The notes beneath the pieces are model-generated. The model made no database searches and was not told the DNA's origin. It saw only the letters and a program-made list of their open reading frames with translations. From NCBI RefSeq assembly GCF_902652985.1, contig NC_047015.1, positions 17,732,001-17,796,000 on the forward strand: a stretch of DNA of 64,000 nucleotides, read 5' to 3'. A program made the translations under genes and the position numbers. Below, one piece after another: positions 12,780 to 26,540 of the stretch; within the stretch, counting starts at the first letter, position 1, and every line of letters starts with the position of its first letter. This DNA is from Pecten maximus (taxonomy: Eukaryota).

Positions 12780-14450
12780 GTCTACAAATATTTATCGTAA
12801 TTAGTTTGACACGCCCATTTATATCTATCTTAATTGGTCGGACACGCATACAAATATTTATCTTAATTGGTCGTACACGCATACATATATTTATCTTAAT
12901 TGGTCGGACACGCATATACATATTTATCTTAATTGGTCGGACACGCATACAAATATTTATCGTAATTCGTCTGAAAAATCCGTTTACAATTTGTATATTT
13001 ATCGTTATTTGTCGGCACCCCAATAAATAGCTATCGTAATTGGTCTTAAACATCCGTTTATATTTTTCGTTATTTGTCTGAAATGCCTACAAATATCTAC
13101 AGTAATTTGTCTGACACGCCCATTTATATTTATCTTAATTGGTTGTACACGCTGACAAATATTTATCGTAACTGGTCTGAGACGCCTTTCAATATCTATC
13201 GTAATTGGCCTGACACGCCTACAAATATTCATCGTAATTGGTCTGACACGCCCTCAAATATTCATCGTAATTGGTCTGACACGCCTTTCAATATCTATCG
13301 TAATTGGTCTGACACACCTATCAATATTCATCGTAATTGGCCTGATACGCCTTTCAATATCTATCGTACTTGGCCTGATACGCATCCAAATATTTATCGC
13401 AATTGGTCTGACACGCCTATTTATACATTAGTATGTTTCGTAACTGGCATGAAACGCCTACAAATATTTATTGTAATAGGTCTGACTAGCAAATTTATAT
13501 CTATCGTAATTGGCCTGATACGCCTTCAAATATCTATCGTAATTAGCCTGACACGCTTTTCAATATCTATCGTAACTGGCTTGACACGCTTACAAATATT
13601 ACCGTAATATGTCTGACACGCAAATTTATATCTATCGTAATTGGCCTGACACGCCTTTCAATATATATCGTAGTTGGTCTGATACGCCTTGCAATATATA
13701 TCGTAATTGGTCGCCTAGCAAGATCTATCAATATCTATCGTAATTGGCCTGATGCACATCCAAATATTAATCGCAATTAGTCTGACACGCCCATTTATAC
13801 ATTTGTATGTATCGTAACTGGCCTGACACGCCTATAGATATTCATCGTAATAGGTCTGACACGCAAATTTATATCTATCGTAATTAGCCTGATACGCCTT
13901 TCAATATCTATCGTAACTGGTCTGACACGCCAGCAAATATTATCGTAATAGGTCTGATACGCCTAGCAATATCTATCGTAATTGGTCACTAGCAATATCT
14001 ATCATAATTGGTCTGACACGCCTATCAATATATACCGTAATTGGTCTGATACGCCTAGCAATATCTATCGTAATTGGTCACCTAGCAATATCTATCATAA
14101 TTGGTCTGACACGCCTATCAATATAATAATATCGTAATTTGCCTGATACACAACCAAATATTGATCGCAATTAGTCTGACACGCCCATTTATACATTTGT
14201 ATATCGTAACTGGCCTGACACGCCTACAAATATTTATCGTAACTGGCCTGACACGCCTACAAATATTTATCGTAACTGGCCTGACACGCCTATCAGTATT
14301 TATCGTTATTAGTCTGATACGTCTACTAATTTCTATCGTAACTTGTCTGGCACGCCCATATATATCTATCGTAATTGGTCTGATGCGCATACAAATGTTT
14401 ATCGTAATTGATCTGACATGCGGACAAATTTCTATCGTAACTGGCCGAAA
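12780..14450. repeat. Degenerate minisatellite, about 33-34-bp unit
   Basis: Unit approximately CAAATATCTATCGTAATTGGTCTGACACGCCTA. Confidence 0.93.
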
Positions 14451-14459
14451 ACGCTACTT

Positions 14460-14970
14460 TGTACCAATTACGGCAGATGTGTATGGGTGTGTGGTACATT
14501 GTTCCAATTAAGGTAGATATATATGTGAGTGTGGTACATCGTACCAATTACGGTAGATATATTTGGGCCTGTGGTACATTGTTCCAATTAAGGTAGATAT
14601 ATATGTGAGTGTGGTACATTGTACCAATTACGGTAGATATATTTGGGCCTGTGGTACATTGTTCCAATTAAGGTAGATATATATGTGAGTGTGGTACATT
14701 GTACCAATTACGGTAGATATATTTGGGCCTGTGGTACATTGTACCAATTACGATAGATATATATGTGAGTGTGGTACATTGTACCAATTACGGTAGATAT
14801 ATTTGGGCCTGTGGTACATTGTACCAATTACGGTAGATATATTTGGGCCTGTGGTACATTGTACCAATTACGGTAGATATATTTGGGCCTGTGGTACATT
14901 GTACCAATTACGGTAGATATATTTGGGCGTGTGGTAATTACGGTAGATCTGCCGTAATTGGTGTACCACA
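14460..14970. repeat. Minisatellite, 40-bp unit, about 12 copies, partly alternating as an 80-bp dimer
   Basis: Unit GTGGTACATTGTACCAATTACGGTAGATATATTTGGGCCT with an alternate ATATGTGAGT variant. Internal hairpin TGGTACA-T-TGTACCA. Confidence 0.95.
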
Positions 14971-15384
14971 CGCCCAGGTTTAACATACTTCCGTTATTGG
15001 ATGTGTTACCTGACTTTAAGACAGTTACGGTAGGCATAGTGTCACCTTAATATTTCTAGCCACACCAGGTGTAGACTTAAAGGTTGTGATTTGCATAATC
15101 ATTTATTTCAATTACAAATTATTTTCTTTCGTCTTCCTAAAGATGAAACGTTTAAGCAACTATTAACATTCTAAAAGTGGTATTATATCGCGATCGTTGA
15201 CCCGAGGTCAGCTTCCTTGCCATATAGAGAACAACATCGAGGGAATCCGTACGGCAGGTATTGTTGGCCCTTCCTATTCAATGTGTTGTTTGAATAAGAA
15301 ATGTTGACGTTTGATTATAATTATGTAACAAAACAGGGAGGGTTAACGAAAAAGCTTGATAAGATCGCTAGTAGTAACGATTCC

Positions 15385-16482
15385 CTTCACGATCACTGAT
15401 GATAATGAGCTCTCCACACGATCACTGATGATAATGAGCTCTCTACACGATCACTGATGATAATGAGCTCTCAACACGATCACTGATAGCAATGAGCTCT
15501 CTACACGATCACTGATGATAATGAGCTCTCTACACGATCACTGCTGATAATGAGCTCTCTACACGATCACTGATGATAATGAGCTCTCTACACGAGCGCT
15601 GGTAGTAATTAGCCTTTACACTATCACTGATAGTAATTAGCCCATACACGATCACTGATGATAATGAGCTCTCTACACGATCACTGATGATAATGAGCTC
15701 TCTACACGATCACTGATGATAATGAGCTCTCTACACGATCACTTATAGTAATGTAATGAACTCTCTACACGATTCTGGTAGTAATAAGCTCTCTACACGT
15801 CTACTGGTTGTAGTGAGCTCTCTACACAACCATTGGTAGTGATTGATGAACTATTTACATGGAAGCTGGTAGTGGTGAGCTCTACACAATCGCTGGTCGT
15901 AGTGTACTCTCCACACGATCACTGGTCGCAGTGTTCTCTCTACACGATCACCGGTCGTAGTGTACTCTCTACACGATCGCCGGTCGCAGTGTTCTCTCTA
16001 CACGATCGCCGGTCGCAGTGTTCTCTCTACACGATCGCCGGTCGTAGTGTTCTCTCTACACGATCACCGGTCGTAGTGTTCTCTCTACACGATCGCCGGT
16101 CGTAGTGTACTCTCTACACGATCGCCGGTCGTTGCGTACTCTCTACACGATCACCGGTCGTAGTGTACTCTCTACACGATCATCGGTCGTAGTGTACTCT
16201 CTAAACGATCGCTGGTCGTAGTGTACTCTCTACACGATCATCGGTCGTAGTGTTCTCTCTACACGATCACCGGTCGTAGTGTACTCTCTACACGATGGCC
16301 GGTCGTAGTGTACTCTCTACACGATCGCCGGTCGTAGCGTACTCTCTACACGATCACCGGTCGTAGTGTACTCTCTACACGATCGCTGGTATTCTGCGTG
16401 AGCTCTCAATATGATCGCTGGTAATGCCGAGAGAGCTTTTGATGAGATCATTGGTAGTTCTAAGAGAGCTCTCTACACGATC
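15385..16482. repeat. Two-domain minisatellite, 29-bp unit
   Basis: CTCTCTACACGATCACTGATGATAATGAG on the left grades into CTCTCTACACGATCGCCGGTCGTAGTGTA on the right. Confidence 0.93.
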
Positions 16483-16499
16483 GTATTGGGTAACATGAT

Positions 16500-18060
16500 C
16501 ATAAACCTACTAGTACGGGGTACATGATACAAGTACATGTTACGATAATAAGTCTACAAGTACGGGTTACGTATATAAACCTACAAGTACGGGTTACTAT
16601 ATAAACCTACAAGTACAGGTTACTATATAAACCTACAAGTACAGGTTACGTATATAAACCTACAAGTACAGGTTACTATATAAACCTACAGGTACATGTT
16701 ACGTATATAAACCTACAGGTACAGGTTACTATATAAACCTACAAGTACAGGTTACTATATAAACCTACAAGTACAGGTTACTATATAAACCTACAGGTAC
16801 AGGTTACTATATAAACCTACAGGTACAGGTTACGTATATAAACCTACAGGTACATGTTACTATATAAACCTACAAGTACAGGTTACGTATATAAACCTAC
16901 AAGTACGGGTTACGTATATAAACCTACAGGTACATGTTACGTATATAAATCTACAAGTACAGGTTACTATATAAACCTACAAGTACAGGTTACGTATATA
17001 AACCTACAAGTACGGGTTACTATATAAACCTACAAGTACAGGTTACTATATAAACCTACAAGTACAGGTTACTATATAAACCTACAAGTACAGGTTACGT
17101 ATATAAACCTACAAGTACATGTTACTATATAAACCTACAAGTACAGGTTACGTATATAAACCTACAGGTACATGTTACTATATAAACCTACAAGTACAGG
17201 TTACTATATAAACCTACAAGTACGGGTTACTATATAAACCTACAGGTACATGTTACGTATATAAACCTACAGGTACAGGTTACTATATAAACCTACAAGT
17301 ACGGGTTACTATATAAACCTACAAGTACAGGTTACGTATATAAACCTACAAGTACATGTTACTATATAAACCTACAAGTACGGGTTACGTATATAAACCT
17401 ACAAGTACAGGTTACTATATAAACCTACAAGTACAGGTTACTATATAAACCTACAAGTACAGGTTACTATATAAACCTACAAGTACAGGTTACGTATATA
17501 AACCTACAGGTACATGTTACTATATAAACCTACAAGTACAGGTTACGTATATAAATCTACAAGTACAGGTTACGTATATAAACCTACAAGTACAGGTTAC
17601 TATATATAAACCTACAAGTACGGGTTACTATATAAACCTACAAGTACAGGTTACTATATAAACCTACAGGTACAGGTTACTATATAAACCGACAAGTACA
17701 GGTTACGTATATAAACCTACAAGTACAGGTTACGTATATAAACCTACAAGTACAGGTTACTATATATAAACCTACAAGTACGGGTTACTATATAAACCTA
17801 CAAGTACAGGTTACTATATAAACCTACAGGTACAGGTTACTATATAAACCTACAGGTACAGGTTACTATATAAACCTACAAGTACAGGTTACGTATATAA
17901 ACCTACAAGTACGGGTTACGTATATAAACCTACAGGTACAGGTTACTATATAAACCTACAAGTACAGGTTACTATATAAACCTACAAATACAGGTTACTA
18001 TATAAACCTACAATTACGGGTTACGTATATAAACCTACGATTCGTGTACATGTTACGATA
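16500..18060. repeat. Minisatellite, 26/28-bp unit, about 57 copies
   Basis: Unit TATATAAACCTACAAGTACAGGTTAC with a 2-bp length variant. Confidence 0.97.
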
Positions 18061-19908
18061 AGTCTACAACTAAGGGGACTACGTGATACAAGTACAAGCT
18101 GCGAGTAATAACCTAGAAATGTACCAGAGTAAGAAAAACCATAAATTGTATAATTTAATGAATACACTATTACGTGTGCAAGCCTTCGAGTTGATATTTG
18201 AATAGAACACTTTACATGTGCACGATAGCTGAATACCAATAAGTAATTGACAATTGTCTGAGTTTTATCGATTATTGTTGTTCCATTTGACTGCCCTATA
18301 TTTGCAAAATATTTAACACGTTTCTTGTTTAATTTACATAAACATTGTCATGGGAATTTACTACTTTACGTGGTATTTGGAATAAAGAGATACTATTGTA
18401 GTAAATTTGACTTCAAATAAATCTATGATACCATCATTTCCAAGTTAACAATAAGGATTCACGTATGATCACACCAACCTGGTTGTAATCACTGTTTCAT
18501 ATAATACCCCGAGTTGCGCTGACTGAACAAGGTGACTTTTATTTGTTGGTATGTTACATGATTTATCTCAGCTTCGTCGTGACACCCACCCTTTGGTCAG
18601 TTGTACCGTATAGCCAATTTTTCTCAGCATTACAAATTACCATCAACTTTCCACGAGGTTTTTCCAACTCTCGGTTTACACAGAGTCACTGCCCCTCGTG
18701 TCGTTACTGCCCCTCGTGTCGTTGGATGTTTGAGATATAACGTTAAATCTGGTGTATGCTGTACTAGGAAGCACGTCTTGACCCTGGATCTTATTGGTAG
18801 CCAGTCAAATGCGAATCTGTAATTAGCTCTGTTTGAACACTTAAATTGTTTCTTGAGGGGAATTTTTTCTGTTTGTTCAATTGGGAAGAAAGTGGAGAGA
18901 GATCCCCTGGACTTAGTAGGAGATCCGTTCCCGTGTCTTTGGTCGACTTCCACAAGTGTCCGTGATCCGTCGGTAAACCTCGGTATTAGATGGCGTGCCG
19001 CGCAGACTCGAGCGCAAATCCCCGGATCAGGTAACCTTGTCTGCCCCGTACACGTCTCTCGTTGTGAGGTCGCCCGCTGTCGTGTGCACGGCTGCACTTC
19101 TTCACTGCACACAAGATTCAGTTTCAAAATATGATTTTCCCAGCTTTCCAACTTTATTGTGAACATGACTTCTAAGGTTAATCTTTATATCTAATTACTT
19201 TAAATATAATATCTATACCGCCTCGGTGTCACCATTGGTACAGGGGTGTCCTAACCCCCGCGAGGGAGCCATAACCTGAAGTATCGCCTGGGTCCACCCT
19301 ATCTTGTAGCTCGTCACGCTCATTACCTCGCCACAAAAACCCCGCAGCGCCGGGAAACGCACACCTCACATGCACAATACATATGATAGGTGTTCATAAA
19401 TCATAACTGATGGTAATCTGTCTGTTTAAGAGTGTATTATACCAGCAATCAGACCTACGTATAATCACGCTGCAGTTCATAAACAGATAAGTAGGTATTG
19501 GCGAGGACACTTTTCCGTGCGGATGCTCTTATGTGACAATCTATGTTGCTTACTGGAGGAAAAGTGTCCCATTACCGGAACAGACACGAGTGAGCAACAC
19601 TAACAACCCTTTCGCTAACTCTGCCATACTTCCCTGTGTACAGCTAGTAAACACGAACTTCTGACGGACAGGACTAACGTAAACAGCAATAATCATGGAG
19701 AAATTCAGAAAACATTTGAATGAAACTCAACATTTTTTCTTTGCCGAATCAATATCTAATAAAACATATCTAACAACTCAAAATTAATTTACCATATTCT
19801 AGCATTATTCTTTCCGATCCTGTACATGAAATGAACATGGAAATAAGCTATTCACCCGTTTTCATGGGCGCTTTCCTTGGTGTGATGATATGTTTGGTAC
19901 CATGTAAA

Positions 19909-20937
19909 ATATGTGTAAAACTGTCGTAATCCAAACACTATGTACTCAGTATGTGTAAAACTGTCGTAATCCAAACACTATGTACTCAGTATGTGTAAAA
20001 CTGTCGTAATCCAAACACTATGTACTCAGTATGTGTAAAACTGTCGTAATCCAAACACTATGTACTCAGTATGTGTAAAACTGTCGTAATCCAAACACTA
20101 TGTACTCAGTATGTGTAAAACTGCCGTAATCCAAACACTATCTGTGACATTGATGTACTCAGTATGTGTAAAACTGTCGTAATCCAAACACTATGTACTC
20201 CGTGTGTGTAAAACTGTCGAAATCCAAACACTATGTACTCAATATGTGTAAAACTGTCGTAATCCAAACACTATCTGTGATATTGATGTACTCAGTATGT
20301 GTAAAACTGTCGTAATCCAAACACTATGTACCCAGTATGTGTAAAACTGTCGTAATCCAAACACTATGTACTCAGTATGTGTAAAACTGTCGAAATCCAA
20401 ACACTATGTACTCAGTATGTGTAAAACTGTCGTAATCCAAACACTATGTACTCAGTATGTGTAAAACTGTCGTAATCCAAACACTATGTACTCAGTATGT
20501 GTAAAACTGTCGAAATCCAAACACTATGTACTCGGTATGTGTAAAACTGTCATAATCCAAACACTATGTACTCTGTATGTGTAAAACTGTCGTAATCCAA
20601 ACACTATGTACTCAGTATGTGTAAAACTGTCGTAATCCAAACACTATGTACCCAGTATGTGTAAAACTGTCGTAATCCAAACACTATCTGTGATATTGAT
20701 GTACTCAGTATGTGTAAAACTGTCGTAATCCAAACACTATGTACTCAGTATGTGTAAAACTGTCGTAATCCAAACACTATCTGTGATATTGATGTACTCA
20801 GTATGTGTAAAACTGTCGTAATCCAAACACTATGTACTCAGTATGTGTAAAACTGTCGTAATCCAAACACTATCTGTGATATTGATGTACTCAATATATG
20901 TGTAAAACTGTTATAATCCAAACACTAGCAGTGATAT
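19909..20937. repeat. Minisatellite, 40-bp unit with interspersed 53-bp variant
   Basis: Unit ATGTGTAAAACTGTCGTAATCCAAACACTATGTACTCAGT. Some units carry an extra TCTGTGATATTGA. Confidence 0.97.
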
Positions 20938-21311
20938 TTTTTTTACTCTTATCATGGGTTTTTTTACCGGAATAAACATTTTTGTTATCACTGTTAATAA
21001 TTGTGCGATAATTCTAACTAGTTGTGTTTAAATATACAGATATTATATAGCCGGTATCGTATTTTTCATACACACTTATTGTAGAATGGTAAGCAACTTC
21101 ACCAACAACACAAGCATCACAAACGTCGGAAATCATCATATTGATGTGAAACGTTCGTAAACATCGAATCAACTGCAAAGTGTTAAGAGACATCTGGGGG
21201 AAGCATGGACATTACCACCAAGAAATGGGGGAAACACAACAGGGAAAATTGGATCATATCGATTAGTGGATAGCATTCCTGTTGGCCATTTTGTAAGAGT
21301 CTGAGATGGGT

Positions 21312-24300
21312 ATATCAGACCGACAGTTGTGCTTATAGTGAAGTATAATATCAGACCGACCGGTATGGCTATAGTGGAAGTATTATATCAGACCGACCGG
21401 TATGGCTAATAATGGAAGTATTATATCATATCGACCGGTATGGCTAATAGTGGAAGTATTATATCAGATCGACCGGTATGCCTAATAGTGGAAGTATTAT
21501 ATCGGACAGACCGGTATGGCTAATAGTGGAAGTGTTATATCAGATCGACCGGTATGGCTAATAGTGGAAGTATTATATCAGATCGACCGGTATGCCTAAT
21601 AGTGGAAGTATTATATCGGACAGACCGGTATGGCTAATAGTGGAAGTATTATATCAGATCGACCGGTATGCCTAATAGTGGAAGTATTATATCGGACAGA
21701 CCGGTATGGCTAATAGTGGAAGTGTTATATCAGATCGACCGGTATGGCTAATAGTGGAAGTATTATATCAGATCGACCGGTACGGCTAATAGTGGAAGTA
21801 TTATATCAGATCGACCGGTATGGCTAATAGTGGAAGTATTATATCAGATCGACCGGTACGGCTAATAGTGGAAGTAGTATATCGGACCGACCGGTATGCC
21901 TAATAGTGGAAGTATTATATCAGACAGACCGGTATGACTAATAGTGGAAGTATTATATCGGACCGACCGGTATGCCTAATAGTGGAAGGATTATATCATA
22001 TCGACCGGTATGGCTAATAGTGAAGTATTATATCAGACCGATCGTATGGCTAATAGTGGAAGTATTATATCAGATCGACCGGTACGGCTAATAGTGGAAG
22101 TATTATATCAGATCGACCGGTATGGCTAATAGTGGAAGTATTATATCAGATCGACCGGTACGGCTAATAGTGGAAGTATTATATCAGATCGACCGGTATG
22201 GCTAATAGTGGAAGTATTATATCAGATCGACCGGTACGGCTAATAGTGGAAGTAGTATATCAGACAGACCGGTATGACTAATAGTGGAAGTATTATATCG
22301 GACCGACCGGTATGCCTAATAGTGGAAGGATTATATCATATCGACCGGTATGGCTAATAGTGAAGTATTATATCAGACCGATCGTATGGCTAATAGTGGA
22401 AGTATTATATCAGATCGACCGGTACGGCTAATAGTGGAAGTATTATATCAGACCGACCGGTATGGCTAATAGTGGAAGTATTATATCAGACCGACCGGTA
22501 TGGCTAATAGTGGAAGTGTTATATCAGACCGACCGGTATGGCTAATAGTGGAAGTATTATATCAGATCGACCGGTACGGCTAATAGTGGAAGTATTATAT
22601 CAGACCGACCGGTATGGCTAATAGTGGAAGTATTATATCAGACCGACCGGTATGGCTAATAGTGGAAGTATTATATCATATCGACCGGTATGGCTAATAG
22701 TGAAGTATTATATCAGACCGATCGTATGGCTAATAGTGGAAGTATTATATCAGATCGACCGGTACGGCTAATAGTGGAAGTATTATATCAGACCGACCGG
22801 TATGGCTAATAGTGGAAGTATTATATCAGACCGACCGGTATGGCTAATAGTGGAAGTATTATATCAGACCGACCGGTATGGCTAATAGTGAAGTATTATA
22901 TCAGACCGACCGGTATGGCTAATAGTGGAAGTATTATATCAGACCGACCGGTACGGCTAATAGTGGAAGTATTATATCAGACCGACCGGTATGGCTAATA
23001 GTGGAAGTATTATATCAGACCGACCGTTATGGCTAATAGTGGAAGTATTATATCAGATCGACCGGTACGGCTAATAGTGGAAGTATTATATCAGACCGAC
23101 CGGTATGGCTAATAGTGGAAGTAGTATATCAGACCGACCGGTATGGCTAATAGTGGAAGTATTATATCAGACCGACCGGTATGGCTAATAGTGGAAGTAG
23201 TATATCAGACCGACCGGTATGGCTAATAGTGGAAGTATTATATCAGACCGACCGGTATGGCTAATAGTGGAAGTATTATATCAGATCGACCGGTACGGCT
23301 AATAGTGGAAGTATTATATCAGACCGACCGGTATGGCTAATAGTGGAAGTATTATATCAGACCGACCGGTATGGCTAATAGTGGAAGTATTATATCAGAC
23401 CGACCGGTATGGCTAATAGTGAAGTATTATATCAGACCGACCGGTATGGCTAATAGTGAAGTATTATATCAGACCGATCGTATGGCTAATAGTGAAGTAT
23501 TATATCAGACCGACCGGTACGGCTAATAGTGGAAGTATTATATCAGACCGACCGGTATGGCTAATAGTGGAAATATTATATCAGATAGACCGGTATGGCT
23601 AATAATGGAAGTGTTATATCAGACCGACCGGTATGGCTAATAGTGGAAGTATTATATCATATCGACCGGTATGTCTAATAGTGGAAGTATTATATCAGAC
23701 CGATCGTATGGCTAATAGTGAAGTATTATATCAGACCGACCGGTACGGCTAATAGTGGAAGTATTATATCAGACCGACCGGTATGGCTAATAGTGGAAAT
23801 ATTATATCAGATAGACCGGTATGGCTAATAGTGGAAGTGTTATATCAGATAGACCGTTATGGCTAATAGTGGAAGTGTTATATCAGATAGACCGGTATGG
23901 CTAATAATGGAAGTGTTATATCAGACCGACCGGTATGGCTAATAGTGGAAGTATTATATCATATCGACCGGTATGTCTAATAGTGGAAGTATTATATCAG
24001 ACCGACCGGTATGGCTAATAGTGGAAGTATTATATCATATCGACCGGTATGGCTAATAGTGGAAGTGTTATATCAGACCGACCGGTATGGCTAATAGTGG
24101 AAGTATTATATCATATCGACCGGTATGGCTAATTATGGAAGTATTATATCAGACCGACCGGTATGGCTAATAGTGGAAGTATTATATCAGACCGACCGGT
24201 ATGGCTAATAGTGGAAGTATTATATCATATCGACCGGTATGGCTAATAGTGGAAGTATTATATCAGATCGACCGGTATGGCTTATAGTGGAAGTATTATA

Positions 24301-24967
24301 TCAGACCGACCGGTATGGCTAATAGTGGAGGTATTATATCATATCGACCGGTATGGCTAATAGTGGAAGTATTATATCAGATCGACCTGTATGGCTAATA
24401 GTGGAAGTATTATATCAGACCGACCGGTATGGCTAATAGTGGAAGTGTTATATCAGACCGACCGGTATGGCTAATAGTGGAAGTGTTATATCAGATCGAC
24501 CGGTACGGCTAATAGTGGAAGTAGTATATCAGACCGACCGGTATGGCTAATAGTGGAAGTGTTATATCAGACCGACCGGTATGGCTAATAGTGGAAGTAG
24601 TATATCAGACCGACCGGTATGGCTAATAGTGGAAGTGTTATATCAGATCGACCGGTATGGCTAATAGTGGAAGTATTGTATCAGACCGACCGGTATGGCT
24701 AATAGTGGAAGTAGTATATCAGACCGACCGGTATGGCTAATAGTGGAAGTAGTATATCAGACCGACCGGTATGGCTAATAGTGGATGTATTATATCAGAT
24801 CGACCGGTATGGCTAATAGTGGAAGTAGTATATCAGACCGACCGGTATGGCTAATAGTGGAAGTAGTATATCAGACCGACCGGTATGGCTAATAGTGGAT
24901 GTATTATATCAGACCGACCGGTATGGCTAATAGTGGAAGTAGTATATCAGACCGACCGGTATGGCTA
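21312..24967. repeat. Minisatellite, 38-bp unit, about 96 copies (largest array)
   Basis: Unit ATATCAGACCGACCGGTATGGCTAATAGTGGAAGTATT. Multi-unit block duplications are visible, for example about 21911 versus about 22251. Confidence 0.98.
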
Positions 24968-25080
24968 CATCAGATCACTGACATTATATATGTGTTCCTT
25001 ACCTTAACCTACATCAGATCACTGGTATCATACATTATTGTATATATATTCCATACTTTAACCTACACGAGCCCAACAAA

Positions 25081-25500
25081 ATACGACCACACCTGGAATA
25101 TCCATTCGCCATATGGTCACCATTATAAGGACAAAATTACTATTGAAAGGGTACAACGAGGAGCTACAAAGCGTGTTCCTACATTATTGGACAAGACATA
25201 CTCGGAAAGGCTAAACATCCTTGGTTTGCCATCCTTAGAATACCATAGCCAAAGGGTCGATATGCTGCAAGTATACAAAATCATCAATCAATTGGATAAC
25301 CTAGACACTAACAAATTATTTGATGCAAGTGAATATAGAGTAACCCGAGGACACTCACAAAAATTGTTCAAACACCATTTCCGGAAACAACAAATAGGCA
25401 TTTTTTTCAGTAACCGTTTCAGTAACCATGGAACTCTCTGTCAGAGGACGGTATATCAACTCTATCCACCTTCTAGGATAGACTTGATAAGCTCTGGAAT
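25081..25500 (+). mobile_element. 5'-truncated, frameshifted CR1/L2-clade LINE fragment (C-terminal end of ORF2)
   Basis: Translates across frameshifts as IRPHLEYPFAIWSP / IERVQRGATKRVP...YSERLNILGLPSLEY...DMLQVYKII...TRGHSQKL...FFSNR / WNSL...DRLDKLW, the typical CR1-group post-RT tail. Confidence 0.9.
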
Positions 25501-25734
25501 GACCATTCGAAAAAACAATTCTAACTATCATTTAGATATTCGTAATGAAGGCTTATGATATATATGCAGGGAGTTCCTGCCCCTCCCTTTTTATCCACAT
25601 TTTATCTACTATGGTAATGGACGAACTTATTTGTGAACTGTACATAATACTAAAGATCTATTTGTGTGAGAGAAAATTTACATGCATTTCTACCACAATA
25701 AGTGGGTATTACTCAACTCCCAAGACATGAAATA

Positions 25735-26370
25735 ATCATTACAACTGTTGAATAACATTCAGTTTATTCCACACGTGTAATAAACTCTAAATACGTTTTG
25801 ATTGGTTGACACAGTGACCTCTGATCGGGACTATTTTTAATCACGCGGTTCCACGCAATTTTATTGGCTAACACTTGAAGGCCGCTCCACGATGTCCTGG
25901 AAATGATAACGCATCAGAAGTAGTTTGCAGTGGTTTTGTTATATTCTGGAAAACACATTCATATTTTTACCAATTTATTGTTTTGAAAGAATTAACCTAC
26001 TTATTATTTTGTTATGATTTGAAATGATTTGTAATATTTTCATACATTTCCGAATTTGTCAGTTTTGCATATTAATTAACGGTATTTGAATTTGGGACAT
26101 ATCCTTACACTACACCTGCTATTGTGAAAAGAACACACGTTGACACAAAACATGTCACTTCATTCTCAGAATAGCTAATCTATTGTGGTAGAAACAAGTC
26201 ACACAAACTTGTGGTTGTTGTATATAGTATTTCTTTCACTCGTTAGATATTTTTCAAAAGTTAAAAAAAACTACTCGCTAAAGCTTGTGTTTTTGTTACA
26301 TTTGAAAAATAACTAACTCGGGTGACAGAAATACCATATTCAACTACCACTCATTGTGTAACCTCTATAT
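25735..26370. mobile_element. Putative non-autonomous DNA element with subterminal inverted repeat
   Basis: An imperfect inverted repeat of about 31 bp (26228-26258 / 26301-26333) surrounds an ACTCGCTAAAGCT core. The terminus ...AACCTCTATAT resembles the end of the element at 40160-40461. The left boundary is approximate. Confidence 0.45.
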
Positions 26371-26540
26371 ATCCACAACCAGGAGGTGTTATATCATTAA
26401 CGAAATAATACGCAACCGCTATGTAACCATGCATGGAGATGTAACCGTTACTCCTTAAATACATGATAAAGATGTGTCAACAATAAGATTAAAATAAGCT
26501 TTCTAAAACACTGTGTCCTTGATCGCTAACTTACTGAGTA

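Noticed and set aside
16443-16453. Second bantam copy (TGAGATCATTG)
   Set aside because: Only 11 nt match, there is no hairpin partner, and it lies in the frayed end of the 29-bp array.
19909-24967. CRISPR-like regular arrays of 38-40 bp
   Set aside because: The units are contiguous with no unique spacers, there are no cas genes, and the context is eukaryotic.
24899-25558. 219-aa ORF as a host gene
   Set aside because: It is a chimera of the minisatellite end and a frameshifted CR1/L2 LINE fragment.
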